Position numbers and translations under genes: made by a program. From NCBI GenBank assembly GCA_002269645.1, contig NIVC01000445.1:248001-312000 (forward strand): a stretch of DNA of 64,000 bases, read 5' to 3'. The stretch is from Macrostomum lignano. Lineage: Eukaryota. The notes below the pieces were generated by a model, which was not told where the DNA came from, did not search any database, and was given only the letters and a program-made list of their open reading frames with translations. Shown here piece by piece: positions 57,727 to 64,000 of the stretch (position 1 is its first letter; every line of letters begins with the position of its first letter).

Positions 57727-57831
57727 AAGCAGGAGGCCCTTGTAGGCAAATAACAGCCCGATCCAGAGAGGCAGCTTCTTGCTTGAGCAGATCTCGTTGT
57801 AGAAGTGGACCTCTCTATCGTTGCTCAGTTT
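57727..57831 (-). CDS. GABBR2: GABBR2-like exon, ECL2-TM5 (FYNEICSSKKLPLWIGLLFAYKGLLL)
   Basis: Class C GPCR motif; CGCAG acceptor, GTAAGC donor. Confidence 0.92.
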
Positions 57832-57936
57832 CTGCGGATACGGGGTTGGTTGGCACGGATGAGGCTGAAGAATGCTGATTGATGGATTGCATGCCGGCCT
57901 GACGCGGCATAAACTGCGGCTCCGAATGGCTCTCAC

Positions 57937-58059
57937 CTCAATGCTGACTAGGCGCTCCTCTCGCCACATGGGGTCGCTGATCATCCAGGCGGTGAGGATG
58001 CCGACGTCCACGAGGAGAAGGAAGACCACGATGAGCATCAGCTGGTAGTCTTTGATTAT
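57937..58059 (-). CDS. GABBR2: GABBR2-like exon, TM4 (IIKDYQLMLIVVFLLLVDVGILTAWMISDP)
   Basis: Matches IKD..L...V..LL.D..IL..W...DP; CGCAG/GTGAGA boundaries. Confidence 0.92.
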
Positions 58060-58144
58060 CTGCGATTGTGGGCAAAGTCGTAGTGATTACTGCTCACGAG
58101 ATTGACTGACAGCTTAATTAGAATTATTCAAAACAGTTTATCGG

Positions 58145-58450
58145 TTCCCGGTGTCCCACCTTCCCGGTGTCCCACCTTCCCGGTGTCCCACCTTCCCGGT
58201 GTCCCACCTTCCCGGTGTCCCACCTTCCCGGTGTCCCACCTTCCCGGTGTCCCACCTTCCCGGTGTCCCACCTTCCCGGTGTCCCACCTTCCCGGTGTCC
58301 CACCTTCCCGGTGTCCCACCTTCCCGGTGTCCCACCTTCCCGGTGTCCCACCTTCCCGGTGTCCCACCTTCCCGGTGTCCCACCTTCCCGGTGTCCCACC
58401 TTCCCGGTGTCCCACCTTCCCGGTGTCCCAGCCACCTGGTGTCCCAGTTG
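58145..58450. repeat. 16-bp intronic minisatellite (TTCCCGGTGTCCCACC), about 18 copies
   Basis: Near-perfect tandem periodicity. Confidence 0.95.
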
Positions 58451-58467
58451 TCCGGTCTTCTACTCAC

Positions 58468-58575
58468 CTTCTTGCTCATGCTGATGTTAGTGAAGATGCA
58501 GTGCACTCGCCAGGTTTTGCTGAACATGGCGCCAAAAGACAGGGTGAAGCCGACCGACAAGATCCAGGCTCGAGT
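58468..58575 (-). CDS. GABBR2: GABBR2-like exon, TM3 ([28 protein letters not shown])
   Basis: GABA-B signature FGAMF.KTWRVH; TGCAG/GTGAGT boundaries. Confidence 0.95.
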
Positions 58576-58650
58576 CTGCATAGGAAGTATTGAAAGTATC
58601 GATTTGGTAATTTAAAAAATCAATAAAACCACCAGGTCTGAGTTTCTCAC

Positions 58651-58789
58651 CGAGCAGATGTAAGTCAGGGCCCTCGATTCGCCCCTGAGTAGGCTGGCAT
58701 CTGTGCCCAGAAACACAACAGACAGGTAGCACAGGACGCAGCCAGCAACTATCAGGTTGTTCATCTGGGGACTCGACATCTTTATGTAC
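58651..58789 (-). CDS. GABBR2: GABBR2-like exon, ICL1-TM2 (YIKMSSPQMNNLIVAGCVLCYLSV)
   Basis: GABA-B signature IKMSSP.MNNLI; AACAG/GTGAGA boundaries. Confidence 0.95.
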
Positions 58790-58822
58790 CTGTTGTTGGT
58801 TCGTTTGTTGGGTGAATTTTTT

Positions 58823-58958
<136 letters not shown>

Positions 58959-59539
58959 TATTTTAAGGGAAGTCTCGAGTCTGAGAGGCGCAGGAACTGA
59001 GGGAGGATGCGGCTGGGACAACAATACGCCCTCAACTTGAGCGTGAATGAATTTTCCAGCCACTTAAATAAGCCTATGGAATAATCTTTGTCAAGGCCTG
59101 CAAATCAGGTTTGTTTACTCAAGCTTATTTAAGAGGATTTGAGAGGGTACACCTCGCGCTTGAGTTGTAAAGAGGTAGTCTTGACAAGCAGCAGTATTAA
59201 GAAGGCTTGAGTTTAAATCATCGAGGGCTTTCGTAAAAATCTTTTTTGAAAAGTCGCATCATCCCGCACCGTTTGCTCGACTGATCAAAAGAAGCTGGAT
59301 ACGCACTGATGAGACGCCCAGACAGCGGAGAATAGCTGCTTCGATGGCCATTGAAAACCTGACACTCTTCTAGCCCAGCATTAAGTTTCGGAAAAATTAA
59401 CAGTGCTCCATTGTGATGGGAAGTGGCTTTCCAGCAAATTAACTTCAGGCCCAGGGACTGCTCCCAGACAGCTTGCCCTGTGCAAACTCTAAGGACACAC
59501 CGGCTTAACGTAACATTACAGCTCGTCTACCTCGTCTGT

Positions 59540-59850
59540 TTGGTTCCTGACGTCCGCAAGGCTTGCCTGAGCTGTCTTTCATTCTGTGAGGGCAGTCCGG
59601 CAGTCCGAGGCCCCAAGGCCCTGCCAGACCGCCACCGTCCTGATGTAAAACTCAGAGACCTGGACAGTGACAGCATCGCTCGAGCAACTTCCAGATCAAG
59701 GACAAGCAAGTCAACAACGGGATACTGTATCGGCTCATCAACCTGGTCTGTCCAAGCAGCCTGTCGCGCTGTCGGCGATTCCAGCTGGCAGGCCACATTA
59801 TCCGCGCCGAGTCGCACTGCCCACCGCCAGGACAGGAGGTGCTGCTGCTG
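59540..59850 (+). pseudogene. Decayed non-LTR retrotransposon fragment (RTE-like, C-terminal to RT)
   Basis: Broken frames read VLM*NSETWTVTASLEQ and RCRRFQLAGHIIRAESHC, resembling the Y..ETWT and RRL..AGH..R motifs of RTE-type LINEs. Confidence 0.55.
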
Positions 59851-61064
59851 ATGCTGACTTTTAAACGCTGGAATCTTTATATCTGACAGCTCCTTTGTTG
59901 CCTCAGAGAAGGGGTTGCTTTCAACAGTAGAAATTCACAATTTGATTCTATTTGTAAAAACCATGCAGACGTCTAGTTGTCTAGTTCGTGAAACTGCCAG
60001 AACTGCCCAGGTGGAACAGTTGTTAGTCCTTCTGTCTTAAACGATATTTTACTATACTGGTCATGCCAAGAGTGCATGTACCGTTAAGGCTCCGTGTCCA
60101 TTGAATTGAGCAGTTCCGGGGAGCCCGCTGATGAAAGTGTAGTTTTTTACCCCCGGCCACCGCGCCGTAATGATGGGGATTCTGCGTTCTCTTCTCTCGC
60201 TCGCTCTCTCTTCACGCCGCCCTCCACCCTGACGGCCAGATTTCTTCCATTCGAATCCTCTGGGATCGGCAGCGAGGTTCGGCCGGTTCTCAGCTTTCGT
60301 ACTCAATCATTTTTCGCAGGTTGCCATTCGGGCGGCAGCCGTGCACGAAAAAACGGGGATGGGGAGGTGGGTAGTGGATTAGGGACCCCAGCGCCGTCCG
60401 CTAATCTCCGCCTCTCAGGATGACGAAGAGATGCTGGAGAAAGAGAGAAAAAGAAAGACGCGCGCAACGCCCGGAGGGGATCTTCTAGGAGCCGCAGTTT
60501 TTCTTCTCAGCTGCCTCTCGAATCGTCCGCCGCCGCTGCCGCCACCGCCGCCGTCGCGTGACCGGCCGAGCCGCAGCCACTTCTGCCGCAGCGGGGGCGG
60601 GGCTCGTGATCGCCCGGATTTACATGGACTGGGGAAGCTTGAGAATGTGGCGCGGGATCTAGTGAGGACTTTTTTAGGTCACCCGAGAGACTCCTCAGCC
60701 AGGGGGGGGGGGGTTCGGAAAAGTCAGTTGTACAGGATCCAGCCGTACAAAAGCTAGTCGAACACTTCATTTTTTTCGCGTCGCAACTAATCTAGGAGAA
60801 GTTGGAAAGACTAAAGAACTCTAATAGACGCTGGAGAACGGAAGTAGAATTGTTAAAGAGTGCGCTTGATAAACCGGAAGTAGATAGGATATGACAGAAG
60901 CGCTGATAGTCCCTTTACAGTCATCGTTACAGTCCCCACTGGCTAATGCTGCATCTGAATGTACCAAAACAATCGTCAAATGAAAGAGAAATCCTTGATG
61001 TCTTAGATCAACATTGAATGAATTTTCTAGGGTGTGTCATGATCTGCAGCCAAAGACAGGCGAA

Positions 61065-61625
61065 GGCAAAGACAGTGACGAAGGCTGCAGGCAGACAGAG
61101 TCCAGCCATAGACAGTGACGAAGGCTGCAGGCAGACAGAGTCCAGCCATAGACAGTGACGAAGGCTGCAGGCGGACAGAGTCCAGCCATAGACAGTGACG
61201 AAGGCTGCAGGCAGACAGAGTCCAGCCATAGACAGTGACGAAGGCTGCAGGCAGACAGAGTCCAGCCATAGACAGTGACGAAGGCTGCAGGCGGACAGAG
61301 TCCAGCCATAGACAGTGACGAAGGCTGCAGACAGACCGAGTCCAGCCATAGACAGTGACGAAGGCTGCAGGCGGACAGAGTCCAGCCATAGACAGTGACG
61401 AAGGCTGCAGGCGGACAGAGTCCAGCCATAGACAGTGACGAAGGCTGCAGGCGGACAGAGTCCAGCCATAGACAGTGACGAAGGCTGCAGGCGGACAGAG
61501 TCCAGCCATAGACAGTGACGAAGGCTGCAGGCGGACAGAGTCCAGCCATAGACAGTGACGAAGGCTGCAGGCGGACAGAGTCCAGCCATAGACAGTGACG
61601 AAAGCTGCCGGCAGACCGAGTCCAG
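61065..61625. repeat. 40-bp intronic minisatellite (GACAGTGACGAAGGCTGCAGGC[A/G]GACAGAGTCCAGCCATA), about 14 copies
   Basis: Tandem periodicity. Confidence 0.95.
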
Positions 61626-61922
61626 TCCGTGTTTTTAGCAAACTTATTTGAGGATCGAGTCAAGCAGATTGCAAGGCTGACAGTTTTGATTTTACAATTT
61701 TTATGACCATAGTTAGGTTAATAGTGAATTGAAGAATCTCTATTGATCGAAAACTTGTTCTAAGGTAGATAAGGAAGAGAAAGTGCTCTGAAATGCTCAG
61801 ATAGACCCGAAGTACATTGCATGGAACATAATTAATAGACCGGAAAAAGATTGGTTGGAACAATCCTGAACTACGAGTAGAATACGAGCGTATCATAACA
61901 AACAAAGCGCGCCAGTGCGAAC

Positions 61923-62073
61923 CGGTGATTCCTGTACATGATGTTGACCACCATGAGCCCCAGCGACAGCAGAACGCCCAGGCCAGCCAGACTGGCGAAT
62001 ACGGCAAACAGCCAGATCTGTAAGGTCAACAGGCGCGCCTCGATCTCCGTTCGGTCCCGCGGCGGGGAGCCTC
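61923..62073 (-). CDS. GABBR2: GABBR2-like exon, stalk plus TM1 (GSPPRDRTEIEARLLTLQIWLFAVFASLAGLGVLLSLGLMVVNIMYRNHR)
   Basis: PP.D.T motif and hydrophobic TM1; CCGCAG acceptor; weak GTTCGC donor but phase-compatible with the next exon. Confidence 0.88.
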
Positions 62074-62199
62074 CTGCGGGAAATTGTTCGAAATTCGATG
62101 GAGACTCGGACTAGATAGGCTAGGTTTGCAAAACACAAGAGCTTTATCAAATAGTCGTAGACTGTGCGTCACACACATCTTCAGACAATTAAAGTCTAT

Positions 62200-62510
62200 A
62201 GCAGGTTCCTTCAGACACAACAGGTTCCTTCAGACACAACAGGTTCCTGAAGACACAACGGGTTCTTGCAGACACAACAGGTTCCTGCAGACACAACAGG
62301 TTCCTGCAGACACAACAGGTTCCTGCAGACACAACAGGTTCCTGCAGACACAACAGGTTCCTGCAGACACAACAGGTTCCTGCAGACACAACAGGTTCCT
62401 GCAGACACAACAGGTTCCTGCAGACACAACAGGTTCCTGCAGACAATATTTTCTCTCAGATACAACAGGTTCCTGCAGACACAACATTTTCTCTCAGCCA
62501 AAACAGGTTC
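62200..62510. repeat. 19-bp intronic minisatellite (CAGGTTCCTGCAGACACAA)
   Basis: About 14 copies. Confidence 0.92.
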
Positions 62511-63185
62511 CCACCAAGCCAGAAAGAGGTTCCTTCAGACAGAGGCCATAATGCGGTTACATCAGACAGATTAATCCAGCTCTAACAGACAAGACTGTTC
62601 AATTTAGCAAAGTGGACTTTTCCGCTAATCCCTACCCCTAATCAAAGTCCCACGAGGTGGCTAGAGAGTAGCTACCTGCTTGCTCTTTGCATTGCTGCTT
62701 TCTATGCTTTTTTTATCGCAACGGCCGAGGGTTTCAGCTCTCTCTCGCTCTTCTCTTGCCGTTGGCTGCCTATCCCCCTTCTTTTCTCCTAGGCCGGCCG
62801 CCAAGCGATGCCATCCGTTATCGCATCCCAGAGCCGGCGCAGCTGACTTTCTTATCAAACCAGGCTAAACCAGGAAGCCATTAATGGCATTGTTCGCCTT
62901 TCAGTGGCGGCCAGCCTATGGTGGACAACAGAATGTGGTTCTACCGCGGTCTGCCCTACCGTGTCCCGCGGGTCCACCTATGATCTACCAACCACTTTGC
63001 TTCTCTGCCGCTGCTTCTTCCGTAAGAGGCGGGGTGGGAAAGATAAATCGCTGCTGGTGTCAGGGCGGTCCCCCTGTTCCAGTCCTGTCAGTCATCTTGG
63101 CCTGCGTAGTAACAGAGGAGTCCAGTGTTTCCTCCTGGCCCATGTCAGTCCCTAATCCCTGATCTCTGATCTCTGCTACTCTGCT

Positions 63186-63620
63186 ACCAACCAACCAACC
63201 AACCAACCAACCAACCAACCAACCAACCAACCAACCAACCAACCAACCAACCAACCAACCAACCAACCAACCAACCAACCAACCAACCAACCAACCAACC
63301 AACCAACCAACCAACCAACCAACCAACCAACCAACCAACCAACCAACCAACCAACCAACCAACCAACCAACCAACCAACCAACCAACCAACCAACCAACC
63401 AACCAACCAACCAACCAACCAACCAACCAACCAACCAACCAACCAACCAACCAACCAACCAACCAACCAACCAACCAACCAACCAACCAACCAACCAACC
63501 AACCAACCAACCAACCAACCAACCAACCAACCAACCAACCAACCAACCAACCAACCAACCAACCAACCAACCAACCAACCAACCAACCAACCAACCAACC
63601 AACCAACCAACCAACCAACC
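63186..63620. repeat. (AACC)n microsatellite, about 109 perfect units
   Basis: Direct inspection; begins 7 nt from the donor of the adjacent exon. Confidence 0.98.
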
Positions 63621-63627
63621 AGCCTAC

Positions 63628-63720
63628 CTGGCCACACGATCGAGTTTCGCAAGGCTTCGTCGCCGCTCAGAAAGGCCATCGTTGAGCAGTCGAATTCGGA
63701 TAGAAACGTCAAGTTGACAC
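63628..63720 (-). CDS. GABBR2: GABBR2-like exon, end of extracellular domain ([12 protein letters not shown]...SIVWPG); the gene continues beyond the window
   Basis: CCACAG acceptor, GTAGGC donor, phase 1-1; joins to GSPPRD to give the expected I.WPGG.PP.D motif. Confidence 0.78.
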
Positions 63721-64000
63721 CTGTGGATGAGCACGTGAGATATTAGTAGCACATGGAAGTTACGGTGCGCTTATATACAAACAACAACAACAACAATATA
63801 CCAGGAGCTTGTCATGCGACTCAACCTCATATGCGTCCATATATAACTAACTGGCCTTTCATTCTGTTCTCTGTCAAGTAAAGCTTAGAAGTCAAATTAA
63901 GTTTAATCCCTTACCCAATGTCAAGGTTATGAATTTTCAAATTTAACTTAAACAAATAGCTAGGCTGCACTAGGTGCATTTAATAAGCACAGAACACCGG

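Noticed and set aside
63060-63180. Extra GABBR2 exon ending RTGTGGPP
   Set aside because: The frame stops right after GGPP, and exon 63628-63720 already splices in phase to GSPPRD at 62073.

Overview
Eukaryotic (metazoan) genomic DNA, not prokaryotic. The TTAGGG tract, GC-rich exons and tandem-repeat-filled introns suggest a free-living flatworm such as Macrostomum (inference only). Bases 1-33455 are a continuous train of five minus-strand non-autonomous Helitron-like units, three of whose four junctions are exact head-to-tail CTAG|TC joins. Each unit is built as TC 5' end, conserved body, tRNA-like A/B-box module, minisatellite array(s), then GC hairpin plus CTAG. One unit carries an intact, very young 8.3-kb Ty3/Gypsy LTR retrotransposon (tRNA-Gln PBS, 4-bp TSD). 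The right half holds a 64-nt 28S rRNA fragment, a 1.2-kb MITE with an 8-bp TSD, two closely spaced + strand genes (RRP8, VAMP7) and the 3' part of a minus-strand GABA-B receptor subunit 2-like gene (14 predicted exons). Its introns contain a mariner with one nonsense codon, a 17+17-bp hairpin between 8-bp duplications resembling a P-element excision footprint, a LINE remnant and many different minisatellites. All long ORFs over the repeats are artefacts. Everything was read by eye; no database searches were run.
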